In this document: positions 23,745 to 35,244 of the stretch, piece after piece
Layout of the letters: each line of letters begins with the position of its first letter
Numbering within the stretch: position 1 is the first letter of the stretch
Assembly (NCBI GenBank): GCA_030295235.1
Contig: AP026126.1
Location: forward strand, 496,001 to 560,000
Direction of reading: 5' to 3'
Origin: Fistulifera solaris
Lineage: Eukaryota
Length of the DNA: 64,000 nucleotides
Made by a program: the position numbers and the translations under genes
The notes under the pieces: generated by a model
Seen by the model: the letters and a program-made list of their open reading frames with translations, nothing else
What the model was told of the DNA's origin: nothing
Databases searched by the model: none

Positions 23745-24411
23745 TTAGTCCTTTTCGGATAATTTCGGTTCGAGACGACTCGGCCACCGAATCCATACAA
23801 TGCCAACGACAGCCCCAACGGTCCATCCAATGGTGCTACCCGTGATGACGGGAACCGGCCACCGCTGCACTTGCCATCCACGATCGTACAATCGCAGTAT
23901 TTGAAAGACCACTGCACCCGCAAGGGTACCTTGACTCGCAGCTCGGGCCACAATGGCTTGTTGTCTCTGTTTCAGATCCGAATATACCTCATGTCCTCGT
24001 AATCGGTAACGAATATGCTCCGCGAATGTCGGGGGCGGGGAAACGGAAATCCAAATGGGTGGATCGGCCAGACACAGTGCGGCACAGTACAACGCCGAGA
24101 TGGCGGTATGAAGTATGTTTGTGGTCGGCGAGGCACCGGCTACGATCGTGCATGCCAACACCATGGCACTCGACGTTAGTAAATGATACCACATTCCTCG
24201 GAAGCATTGCGTTGCTATTAAGAATGCGATGATCAAGGCAACATAAACGAATAATCGGCTTAGGACGTAGGGTATTAGTACAATGTCCGTCGGATCAATC
24301 TGTTTCATGTGCTGTAATAAAAGAAGTTATGTTAGTCAGAGAGAATTGTTGTATAGTGAAAATCTTTGGTAGGATGCGGCAACGCACCATTTCCTCCGCT
24401 TCCTTGGCCAT
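23745..24411 (-). CDS. PIGF: GPI-anchor biosynthesis PIG-F/Gpi11-like protein; intron 24312-24387
   Basis: C-terminal GAVV...LYDRGWQVQRWPVP...G.TIG..VG matches the PIG-F PLDW..PWQ.WP motif; 5' exon MAKEAEEM|HMKQ via GTGCGT...ACAG intron. Confidence 0.72.
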
Positions 24412-24904
24412 GGGAGAAAGGAAAATAAAGTAATGGGCGAGATGTAACGTCACCATGTACGCACAAAGCTTGAGCAACACTATCTCCCCCATCTTTGAAT
24501 TCGAAACTGTTCAAATTTTGAAAAGAAATGATCAACTTTTTACGAATCATGCGGTTGAAAAAAATATTGTATTGTTGTCACAATCATCACTTTTGTGGTC
24601 ACACGGTGGTGCGGGCTCGAAACGGTTGCGAAGTGGAGGGAGATTTGTAATGTCGGAAAGGTGTCCAAGTTGTTTTTTGCATAGACCACGTCACGCGAAC
24701 GGAGGAGGACGTAGACGGAGGTGCGCCCAAAAATGTCGAGCCCCAAGCCCCAACACGACTGTACGAGACTCTGTACAAACACGGAGGAGCGAAGGGCACG
24801 CGACGATGACAAAGCATATAAATCTCGTCCTTAGGTGCACCCATTGCTGGAGCTGGAGCGTACTTGTTGTTCATTCATTCCACTTCATACCGCGTTGAGC
24901 CAAA

Positions 24905-26903
24905 ATGGACTTTTTAAAAGATCTGAGCCTCGATAAGGTCCGAAACTTGGCCGAAGATGCGTAAGTTATGCTCAAGATTCGATGCGGAGAGTGTGCAGTC
25001 ATTAACATTAATGTCACCTCCGCTGCTCGTGCTCGATATAAGCCTCTCACTATCCCCCTTTTACTGCTTTTTTCTCATCATCTTTGTTTCTCTTCTCTTC
25101 CAGCTTCAATCAAGCCAAGCCGAAAACAGAAGTCGAAGCCCGCGTGTACGAAGTCTTGTCGCACAAAAACTGGGGCTCGTCCAGTACGCTCCTCAACGAA
25201 ATTGCGCGTGATAGCTTCGATTATGACAAATTCGCCATTATCTCGCAGCTCATGTGGGAGGCGCTGGACAATCAACGTCCCGCGGCTTGGCGCGTCATCT
25301 TCAAAGGCCTCACCTTGCTCGAGCACCTCGTCAAAAATGGTTCCGAACGCTGCGTCGATGATGCCCGCAATCACGGTCACACGCTCAAAACATTGCTCAA
25401 GTTCAACTATTACGAAGGAACAGTCGACCGAGGATTGGGTGTCCGAGAAAAGACAAAACAGTTGGTAGAAATGCTTTCCGACGATGAACGAGTCCGCGAA
25501 GAACGTACGAAAGCACGTCAAATGCGGGAAAAACTGGGAAAATTGGCCGGCGTCAGCGGAGGTGGAGGTGCTTATGCAGGTTACGGAAATGATAACTGGA
25601 ACTCGGGATCCAGTGGCGGTGGCGGTTACGGCGACAGCGGAGGTTACGGGGACAGTGGCATCGGTTCCAAGTCTTCGACGGGTCGGTACGGTGGTCGATA
25701 CGATGAGGATACGCGTTCCCCGCCACGCGCCTCCGAACCGGCTCCTACCTTTGCAACGATACCCGATGATCCGCCGCTGAAATCAAAAAAAGACCAAGAA
25801 GAAAAAAGCAACCCGAAGTAGCGCCTGCTCTTGCGGCACCCGAAGTTGATTTGTTTTCGTTCGATGAGGCACCTGCTCCCGCTCCTGTAGCCGATGCGGA
25901 TGATTTTGAGTTTGATGCGTTTCAGTCGGCGGGATCACCGGTGGCTTCGACTCCAGATCCATTCGCCACAGTTCCTCCGCCACAAGCGGCTCAGTTTGAT
26001 GCGTTTGGTGCTGCTCCGGCTCCACCGTCGAACAACTCATTTGATGCCTTTGGAGGCTCCGGAATGCAGTTTCCGACTACTACCATAGGAGGAGTTATGA
26101 TGCAGTCGCCAGCCAACAATACCATGGCATCACAAAACAACAATACTTCGACGGCTGCTGCCGATGATGACGATTTTGGTGATTTCGCGGGAGCCAGCGC
26201 ACCTGCGCCGGCGCCCGTGCCGTCTATGGCCCCGCCAAAATCAACTGACCCGTTGAGCAAACTCATTTCTTTGGATAGTCTCACCAAGAATCCGCAGAAA
26301 AAGCCTGTTAACATGGTCAATCAACCGGTGGTCGCGAATGCCGCTGCTTCTCAGTACGTACAAAACCAGGCGCAAATTCATGCTCAAGTACATCAACAAA
26401 GTGTCAATGCGAGCTTCTCCGGGATTGATGGAATTCATTCAAGTGGCGGAATGGGCATGATGAACCCATCGTTTGGTATGCCACAGAATCCTTCGGTCAT
26501 GGGGAGTGGCGGTGATGCTATCAGCAGTGTGTTTGATCCCAGCGTTATGAAACAGCAAGCGCAAGCGAATCAAGTCGGAAACCAGCAAATGATGGGAGGA
26601 AACGCTTTTGGTATGATGGGAATGAATAACAACATGGGTATGGGATCAAACATTGGTATGAACTCGATGCAACCAGGCAATGGTGGCATGATGATGCCAG
26701 GAAATAACATGGGCGCCATGGGTGGACCTGCAATGCAGCAGGGAGGCATGATGTACGGAAACATGACACCGCAACAGCAGCAGCAAATGATGCAACAACA
26801 GCAGATGATGATGATGCAGCAGCAACAGATGATGAATCATAACCAGGGCATGCCAAGCGGTTTTAACATGCAAAGCAACATGAGTCAAGGTGGATTTAGA
26901 TAA
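24905..26903 (+). CDS. ENTH-domain epsinR/CLINT1-like clathrin adaptor; intron 24961-25103; frameshift(s) near 25790
   Basis: NWGSSSTLLNEIARDSF, WRVIFKGLTLLEHLVKNGSERC, DRGLGVREK; DLFSFD, DPF, DDFGDF motifs; Met/Gln-rich tail. Confidence 0.92.
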
Positions 26904-26954
26904 ATGATAGACCTCGTTCAATGAAGCATTCTGTATCCACTCGCTGAACCTTTT

Positions 26955-28139
26955 CTAAAAGAGCTTATTACTAAGTAAAATATCGAGACATTCTTTCGCT
27001 GCTCCAACGTTGATAGTCCATCCACTTCCACCGTGACCGTAATTGTGCAGCACCTTTACTTGGCTATCAGCGTATCTCAGATCCACTTCGCAGCGAACAC
27101 CAGCACTCCGTTTCGGCCGAAATCCGGTCCATTCACTTCGCGGTGCGCATTGATGAACATCAATACCCAAGCGATGAGCATTGGAAAGCAGTCGTTGACG
27201 CTCGTCGGGACGAATGGAAGATTCCGTGTCACCGGGTAAGTAGGAACCTCCTACCACAATTTGATCGCCACGGGGTATTAAATAACACGGCATAGTGTCA
27301 CTGCCCCATGGTCCTTCATCAATCATAATCAGTGTATCTTTTCGTTGTGTACCACTTTGATCAACCTGGGATTGACGCACACAGGATGTTCGATCGTATT
27401 GAAGTAGAATACCGCGAGCTCCCATCAAGTCATCATCGGATTCGCATCCGGATATTTGGGCGGCGCCGAGACCCGTGCAATTAATGACAGCATTACAGCC
27501 CAGTGTTTTAGCAGTATCCATCATATGCTCTATGGATTCCATGTATTCACCCGTTTCGACATCCACATCTGCCGCAGATTGTTGCACTTGTTGCAAAAGG
27601 TATTCGAGCATGCGAGCGGCATTCACAATGAGCGGATAAAACAACCACGCGTGAGAATAACCGGCGATTTGAAATTCCTCAACGGGCGGAATAACTAAAT
27701 CTGATTGTTTTGCGATTTCGGATAAAGCTAATACTCGGAACATAAGTCGAGGATCTTTCGTCCACGTTGGAGGTTCGTTTTGAACCGTCGATGTACTCTC
27801 ATGTAATAGAAAGAGAGCTGGCAATGTTTCCACTAGATCATCGGCACCGAGTGTTTGTTGTAATTCATACAGTTCTTGAAAGGTTTCCAGAGCCCATCGA
27901 TCGACACGAACATCATCACACCGAAACGGCATCCACAATCCCCCCGCTCCGACGGAACACGTGCGAGGATCCAATGGAGGAAAGGGTGCGCGAACGACCA
28001 CTCGACAACCTCGCCGGAGTGCTTCTTGCGCGGTGCGCAAGCCAACAGCACCGGCTCCGACAATGAGGACTTTGGGCAATGCAGATGTCATTTTGTCTGG
28101 TGTTTGGGGAACGTTTGGTGGCTTTTTTTCTCGTCTCAT
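26955..28139 (-). CDS. FAD-dependent D-amino acid/D-aspartate oxidase
   Basis: IVGAGAVG, SVGAGGLW, INCTGLGA, RGILL, YLIPR, GFRP.R, HNYGHGGSG. Confidence 0.92.
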   Translation of the reverse strand: MRREKKPPNVPQTPDKMTSALPKVLIVGAGAVGLRTAQEALRRGCRVVVRAPFPPLDPRTCSVGAGGLWMPFRCDDVRVDRWALETFQELYELQQTLGADDLVETLPALFLLHESTSTVQNEPPTWTKDPRLMFRVLALSEIAKQSDLVIPPVEEFQIAGYSHAWLFYPLIVNAARMLEYLLQQVQQSAADVDVETGEYMESIEHMMDTAKTLGCNAVINCTGLGAAQISGCESDDDLMGARGILLQYDRTSCVRQSQVDQSGTQRKDTLIMIDEGPWGSDTMPCYLIPRGDQIVVGGSYLPGDTESSIRPDERQRLLSNAHRLGIDVHQCAPRSEWTGFRPKRSAGVRCEVDLRYADSQVKVLHNYGHGGSGWTINVGAAKECLDILLSNKLF

Positions 28140-28669
28140 CCGCGTTTGGCCGATATTTTGTTTTACAAAACCCCCTTTCAGAATTTTACCAGTTACCCTT
28201 ACCCGGTACCCGGTGGTACAGTACGGATTTTGAAGTTAGAAGCTGTGGAAAGTGTAAACGGAAACCATAAAGGCCACGGAAAAGCTCAACCGATTCAGGT
28301 TTTCCTTCTAAAAAGTTGGATAACCTTAATTAAAAGTTATGGTTTTCGGTCTACACATATGACAATAGTCGTGGAGTGGTTCTAGAATATTAAATACAAT
28401 CTATGTTTTTTCCTTAAGTAATATCCGTAAATTTTTCAAGGGGCGATTGTCAAAGGCAAAACCAGAGTTTTTTTAGTTTACGTTTTACCAGTATTGTTTT
28501 GCAGTCAGCAGTCAGCATCACCACACCATGGGTGGAGGTCGTCAAATACCGTGTTAACACTTCAAGATAAATCCAAGTGAATAGAGTATCTGGTGATCAT
28601 CCCGACATTTATTGTAAAGCAAGGTCAATGATTGTCGCCATCTGCAACAAGTAGAACAGTACGATTACC

Positions 28670-31600
28670 ATGGCAAACACAGAAGGACAACTCACCGATG
28701 AGGCCTTACAATGCTTATTGGGGGGAGACGAGTTCATTACCACGAAAGGATTGTCGGCCCTGCAACGTCGGATGGATATGCCCATGGGGGACAAACCAGC
28801 TGCTAAAGTGACACGATCCAGTGGGCAATCTTCCCAGATCAATAACCCTTCACGTCAAAACACGAATGAGACGGCAATTCGTGCACCGTCGGACGAGACG
28901 CTACCACCACCACCACCACCACCACCACCACCACCATTGATCGGGAATATTGTCGAAAAAAAGAGATCCGATCGAACGAATCGACCATCCTCCACGTCGA
29001 GTCGCAAACCGTCGCGGTTTGCCATGCAATCCAAAAGTGGGTTTCCTTCCTTGCAGGCACCGTTGGGAAGTTTCGTACAAAAGAAGAACAAGTCAATTAG
29101 CAATACTACAACGTGGACGAGCTCGATGTCGAAAACAGACGAAACTGCGTCCGAAACGGATCGAATCATGGCACAAATGTCTCCAGAGGAAATCCAGGAA
29201 TCGATACAAGAACTCCATCAGGTTTTGTCACCGGAAACGATCCAGTTTTTAAAGACACGAAGGAAATCAAAAGAAACGCGTTCTATTGCATCAGTGGCGC
29301 CACCTACTGGAAACAATTTACAAGCGGAACCTACGTTATCGGCGGACGAGGCCCTAATTGAAAAGAACGAGTAGCAAATTTATTGGCTTCGGTCCGGAAT
29401 TACGATGACATGGATACGTTGTATCGACAAGAAATGGGCACAGAATTGTTCGTTGAAGAAGGAAAGAGTGAGTTTCAAACTGCCTGTGAACTTCTTCGAT
29501 CGTCCGTGCCCCGTCAAAATCTGTGGGCGGTCCGTCATTTGGAAAATGTGCTGCGGGAGGCAACAGATGTGTACTGTCTCGGAACTGAAAATGCCAACAA
29601 GTGGCCGTATCCGACGTTACTACCCGTTTCACTACGTTGTTTGCTGGATGTGTCTCCTTCCACGGTGGTAGGTGCGCAAATACAGATTTATGCACTGGGG
29701 TCGTTGTTCTATTTGACCAGTATGCGCGTACCGGTGGATTACGTTTTGTATGATGTCGCGACTGGAGATTTACGACCAACGGCAGCCCATCTTTATTCCG
29801 AATACTTCTTAGACGATGCGGTGCCGTCGTCGACATATAAATATGCAACTACGAACAGTATGCAGCCGCTGTCTGTTTCCGAATCGACGGTCGCGTATGC
29901 CACTTCTTCGTCCACGACGAGTGCACAAGACGATGGTGAAGCCTTCCTTCGAGATCCCCTCTGGACGTTGCTTTCGCGTATGAGAATCATTCCGTGGCTT
30001 GCCAATTGGTTGAGAGTTGATGTCTCGTCCACGAATTCGGTACGCGCAGTGATAGGATTGTTGGTTTTGCTGGTACAACGTTCTCCTGGGGCTGCCACCG
30101 CTGTAGTTCAACATCCCACCTTGCTGACGAATCTGATGACAAAGGACGCCGGTTCCACCATCATCCTCCAGTGTGTGGCAGCGAGACAATCAAGAGCTAC
30201 AGCGTGTCATCTGGCTAAGTCGGACCAAATCATACAAGATCTAGTTTCCTTTTCTGAGACGACCGAGCCTTCGGCAAGTGATCCCAAGCGCTGCAAATGG
30301 ACGATGGTGCTGTGGCGAACATTGCTGCGATACGGCTTGGCATTGGACGCTCTGCCAACGGTTCTCAAATTGGCCGCACGGCATGTTACCTTGGGATCCG
30401 ATTTGAGCTGTTATTTCTTTTCGGCCTTTTCAACACTCACAAATTGTATCATTGCAGCAAACAAGTCACCGACAAAGAATGAACCAATTGTTTCAAACGA
30501 TAATCGCGCATTGCTTGCGAACGCAGCTGCATGGCTATCAGCTAGTCGGTGCCAGGCTCTTCGTCATCTGGAAAGTGCGGAAGATAACTGGTTCAAAAGA
30601 ATTACTTTCAATGATTCAACATTTTTAGAGAAAACAAAGTTCTACGCTTCCGTATTTCGGTTTTTGGCGTCGTGGACAAGAATGTGTGAGAGTTTTGCTT
30701 CCGACCGGAGAGACGGAGATTTTAAGGCGGAAGATCTCACAGAATCGGAAGAAAAGTTATGGATCAATGTCGTATTAAAGTGTTTAGAATACGACAGCAT
30801 GAGAGAGCTAATGAGAAGATCTTTGACGGGAATGACCGATTTATCTTCGCGTTGTACGGTGCACGATCTTTCCATCGAATCAGCATCTTGTTCATTTACA
30901 GAATCGCTCTTGGAACTTCTATCAACATTGACCAGGTATAACGATAACACACCCGATACCGTTTCGTCGTTAAGGTCGATTCACGACCATATCAGAGAAA
31001 TCAGACATCAAGAGTCTGGTAAAGTGATCTCCTCACGCTTATTAGGGCATTCTTCCATTCAGGACGGAAGGAGTCGTCAATACTGGCTGAATCGAGTTCA
31101 CTCATCTTATCTCAAGTTTGTTTCGTTACGAGGTTGGGAATTAAGCGACGACAAAAGAGCAGATGTTACAGTTTCCTTGATTGATGTTATCGGGCGATTG
31201 GACAATGGAGAAGAGAGCATTGCGGCAATTTTGTTTAGCTGTGACAACTTGTTGCGTCCGACGTCTCAGGATTCCAATAGCCCTTCAATTATCTCCAGTT
31301 GGTTTGTACGGTGCCTCTGTGCAACACCAACAAGGCGCGCTCAGCTAGATCATAGCTTCAAACTCCGAGGAGGCTCTGGGATTTCGGCTGACAAATGTGG
31401 TCCGTTCGAACTGCAAACCCTTCTAAGTATTTCGACGTCGGTGGTATCTGCTACCGACAATCTGCTTCCGCTCGGCAGTAACTGGCTTTGGAAAACTTTG
31501 GCAGGTAGTGTTCTTGATAATGATGCAGCGGGTGAGGCTCTACTTGTGCTGACAAGTACACTCGGGCTGTCGTGCGAGCTTGAAGTCCTCGACATGTTCC

Positions 31601-32520
31601 AAAAGAGTTCCTTGGGATCGGCCAAAAGCGCGGGGGGTAGGATGTATTATGTGATGAATCTTTTACTGAAAAGTGAAGACATTTTAGCCGACGAGAGAAT
31701 TCAGATATTGGCAGTAAATTTCATGGATCTCCTTTACAAAGGGTGCATTGATGTGAACTTCATTGTTGGTTTTGCCGAAGAATGCGAATCTCACAATTCA
31801 ATTAAAGACCAATCTGGCGAGAAGTTGGAACTCGGCGAAGATTCAAGTGAGTTCCAGCAGCTTTCGAAGTTGATAGACCCGCCTGTAGGACGTGAGGAGA
31901 TCTTTACTAAGTCTCAGATCCACTCTCTGCAATCTTTTGTATATGACATATGCGACTCTTTTGTCGAGTACGGGGCGCAATTTGAGTTTGGTAGGAAGTG
32001 CATGAACTTCTTTTTCTCAGCGTATTTTCCGTCAAAAACAAAATGCGAGATAATTCAGCGATTGAGAGGCACCTTACACCTGATCACCGTAGAGAATGAA
32101 AAAGTTTTGGATGGCTATCTTAGACGATGTCTTCTTGGTGGCGTACCGTGCAGGGATGGCTCCGATCGTGACACCCCTGATATTTTGGACGCTGCAGCTT
32201 CCATCTTATCGCAGAAAGATACTGTTTTTCATCAATCTAATTTCGTGACGAAATGGGCAATTGCGCTGTTACTGCGTGATGTGACAGGCTGCTTCCTAGC
32301 TGGTGAAAACTTGCTCTCATGCCGTCGAAGAGTACTGGCTCTTCGAAAGGACTGTGCTCACGCTCTATTGGCAAGTGTCGATACCTTGGCCAAAGCTCAC
32401 GGCGAGGTGGATGATATTATCATTGTGAGCACAGCTTTGCAAATGGAGAACACAATCAACGGTTTCGACTCTGTGGAAGCTCATTGGGAACATATGTTAG
32501 AAGTACGTCATATTTTTTAA
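28670..32520 (+). CDS. RPAP1: RPAP1-like RNA polymerase II-associated protein; frameshift near 29365
   Basis: IMAQMSPEEIQESIQELHQVLSPETIQFLKTRR (RPAP1_N-like) and ELLRSSVPRQNLWAV (RPAP1_C-like), followed by a long helical region. Confidence 0.7.
28904..28936 (+). repeat. (CCA)11 coding microsatellite (poly-Pro)
   Basis: Direct read of the sequence. Confidence 0.95.
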
Positions 32521-32604
32521 AATGAGAAAGCCGATGAAACTGCATTTATTTTAGTTGTTTTTTTCTCAGTTGTATAGACCATGTACCCGTGCATCTGTGG
32601 CCAC

Positions 32605-33015
32605 TTAGAATCCTTTGCGAATGTTGGAACCTTTCAGAGTTCGACGAGTGAGAGTCCCCCTTGTGTTATCTTCTTGGTAAAGTTTGGTATCATCTTTGGT
32701 ATCTTCTCGTACACGCGGTTTGCATGTGACCGAGCAAAACGTCTCCTCTCGTCCGCAACAATCAAAATCAGTCTCGCACCTTTCCCCTATGTCCACACAC
32801 GTTTGAAGAGAAGGAACCGATGAAGGTGCATCCGAAGTGGTGGATAGCTCCTCTTGGATCGAACTGGGCTGATGAGATGCTGTCGACGGTGCGGCCGAAG
32901 GAAAACCGACAATTTGTCCTTCCACTGCATTCGATCCCAGAAGACCCACGATAATCAACAAAAGCATTCTCGTGCGAAATGAAATAGAGGATCCACGGCT
33001 GCTTTGTTTTTCCAT
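32605..33015 (-). CDS. Small secreted protein with PS-rich linker and knottin-like 6-Cys motif
   Basis: Signal-like MLLLIIVGLLGSNAVEG; PSAAPS/APSSVPS; C-x6-C-x5-CC-x6-C-x3-C. Confidence 0.7.
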   Translation of the reverse strand: MEKQSSRGSSISFRTRMLLLIIVGLLGSNAVEGQIVGFPSAAPSTASHQPSSIQEELSTTSDAPSSVPSLQTCVDIGERCETDFDCCGREETFCSVTCKPRVREDTKDDTKLYQEDNTRGTLTRRTLKGSNIRKGF

Positions 33016-33846
33016 CTTCAATATTCTATTCGGTTGTGGTTTTAAGAAATATTTGCCAACACAATCTAATGGAAGGAAAAGTGGTTGAAATGTGGGCAAT
33101 TTTGGTATCCTCCTTTACTCCACTCCGATTTCGGCTGGCGCGTGAAACCCAAAACGGTACTAGATATTAAGTAACGAAATTGTTCAAGTCCGTTCATGCG
33201 TTAAGAAATGCTGGTATTAGGCAGCTCCATCGCTAATTGAAAACCTAAAAGTAATCAACGGATACAAAGTTGTTTCTTATATATGTTGTCATCTACTTTA
33301 GTTTATTTGCTATGCACAAAGAAGTAGAAAAGGCTTCGCCTTCGAATTTGGCCGAAACTCACTCCAACATGGGCGGACAACAGACGGAATTCTCGTTCGC
33401 TTTGCTTTTTAGAGTCATGGAAGAACGAGGAGTGAGTCGTCGTGTCGTCGTCGAGTGTAGTAGATAAGAGCGGAATGGTACTCGACAATGGCTTTTACAC
33501 TACAGTACAAGTACCTGGTACCGGGTACCGGTAAGGCTTACTTTGTACTGGTAACCTGTGAATACACAGCAGACGAACGTATGTACGTACCATCTGCTTG
33601 CCGTCTTGGAACAACATCGAGCACAATCGAACAACAGCACCGGACCGGTTTTTCACCACGCATGTTTTCTCTGTGTGGCAGCCATTGCGTTCGGAGCCAT
33701 TCGCAAATGTTTTTTTTTCCGAAATTTCCGTGCGCGCACGCTGTGCTGGAGAACCAATTTTTTCGAGGGTAGTCACACAATTTTTGGCAAGTGTTTCTTT
33801 TGATGCGAACGCATCGTTTCCATGATACTTTCTAGATATTATTACA

Positions 33847-34872
33847 ATGAACAAAAGAATACGAAGCGGTGACATTGTCACAATTGACTTGGATTTAAAG
33901 CCGGAGAACGGTTTTGTGCCAGAGCCTTTGTTTGACTCTTCTGGCCGAATATCGTTGGTGGTGGGATGGGGCAACTACTTACCAGGTGTTCACGAGTTGT
34001 TGTTGGGTTGCCGCGTTGGTGACAACGTACGAGACGTCTCCATTGATGCTGGTTATGGAGAGCGAAGTGATGATCTCATTTTTACGGTACCACGAGACCA
34101 AATCAACAAACTAATGAAGAATTGGAAACCTGGTCAGCAACTTGTCCTAAGTGGTGCACCGGTCGAAGTCCTGTCGTATGATCAAAATAGAGTCGTGATT
34201 GATGCGAACTCTCCACTGGCTGGCTCTAGTTATCTCTGTAGCTTCACTGTCATTACTGTGGAGAAGGCTTTTGAGAAGAATCCATTTCAGAAAAGAGATG
34301 ATACTGTTGTTATTTTACCAGCTGGTAGGAAAACGAGTACCGACGAGATTGCTTTATCAAAGTCGTGTCCAGACCGTTATCAGGTCGCTACTTTTGCGTT
34401 GGGCTGTTTTTGGGGAGCCGAGCTGGCTTTTATGCGGACACCCGGTGTCCTTTCGACGCGAGTTGGATATTCGACTGGCTGGCAAAGGAAACGCGAAACT
34501 GTTTTGGTTGTATTTGACGCCGAAACTGTTTCTTTTGGAGATCTTGTCGAAATTGCTTTAAGCAGATCTTGGGATGCACAAGATGCGTTTACCAACGCTA
34601 CGCTATCCCAGATTGCCGAGAAGGAGGATTTTGGTCTGGTCGATTTGTTCGGGCAAGACGAAAACAGTGAAGTGTATGCGAACGCAATTTACTACAGGAA
34701 TGAAAAACAACTCGTTACAGCGCGCAAGGTGCTCGAAACGGCGCGATACAAGGTTGATTTGCTCCAGGCGCGTCCCTTTTATGATGCGGCCGAGTCTGAT
34801 CAGCAATATCTCTACAAAGGCGGCCAGAGCTCTCGAAAGAATGAACGAATAAAAATACGGTGTTACGGATGA
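33847..34872 (+). CDS. SlyD-like FKBP peptidyl-prolyl isomerase fused to MsrA-like methionine sulfoxide reductase (true start may be upstream)
   Basis: GDIVTIDL..LFDSSG..GNYLPG..AGYGER..IDANSPLAG (SlyD/FkpB type), then ATFALGCFWGAE..PGVLSTRVGY..QQYLYKGGQS..IRCYG (MsrA). Confidence 0.88.
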   Translation: MNKRIRSGDIVTIDLDLKPENGFVPEPLFDSSGRISLVVGWGNYLPGVHELLLGCRVGDNVRDVSIDAGYGERSDDLIFTVPRDQINKLMKNWKPGQQLVLSGAPVEVLSYDQNRVVIDANSPLAGSSYLCSFTVITVEKAFEKNPFQKRDDTVVILPAGRKTSTDEIALSKSCPDRYQVATFALGCFWGAELAFMRTPGVLSTRVGYSTGWQRKRETVLVVFDAETVSFGDLVEIALSRSWDAQDAFTNATLSQIAEKEDFGLVDLFGQDENSEVYANAIYYRNEKQLVTARKVLETARYKVDLLQARPFYDAAESDQQYLYKGGQSSRKNERIKIRCYG

Positions 34873-35244
34873 ACGAGCCCCTCTGGAAGGTTTCTGTATC
34901 AATAGATGAATAAAATTGTTTATAAACTAACATAGAATGATTGATATTGAGCAAAAGGATTCACTCTTTACTTTGACGCACCTGGTAATGACCCAGTAAG
35001 GTTGACGTTAGCGCCAAAAACCAAGAGTTGTCATATCGGTACACTTTGAATCGATTTTAGTCTATCGGAGTACCACGTCCTGCGTGCGCACATTTTTTCG
35101 CCGTTTTTTCCTCTCGGCGTTTTCCACCATTCACTTTCGGCACATCACATCGAAAAGGATTGCGACGAACAACAAAGAGACGACCAGGTAGTCTAAGATA
35201 CCTGCTGTTGTTAATCCCTAAATTTTGATTGACTATCTTAACTC

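Noticed and set aside
24590..24890. Possible snRNA (Sm-like ATTTTTG on the minus strand) or short ORFs between PIG-F and epsinR
   Set aside because: No U1/U2/U4/U5 signature sequence is visible; it is best explained as a bidirectional promoter/UTR region.
26600..26890. ATG/CAG-rich repetitive tract
   Set aside because: It encodes the Met/Gln-rich tail expected of epsinR/CLINT1-type proteins; not a separate repeat element.
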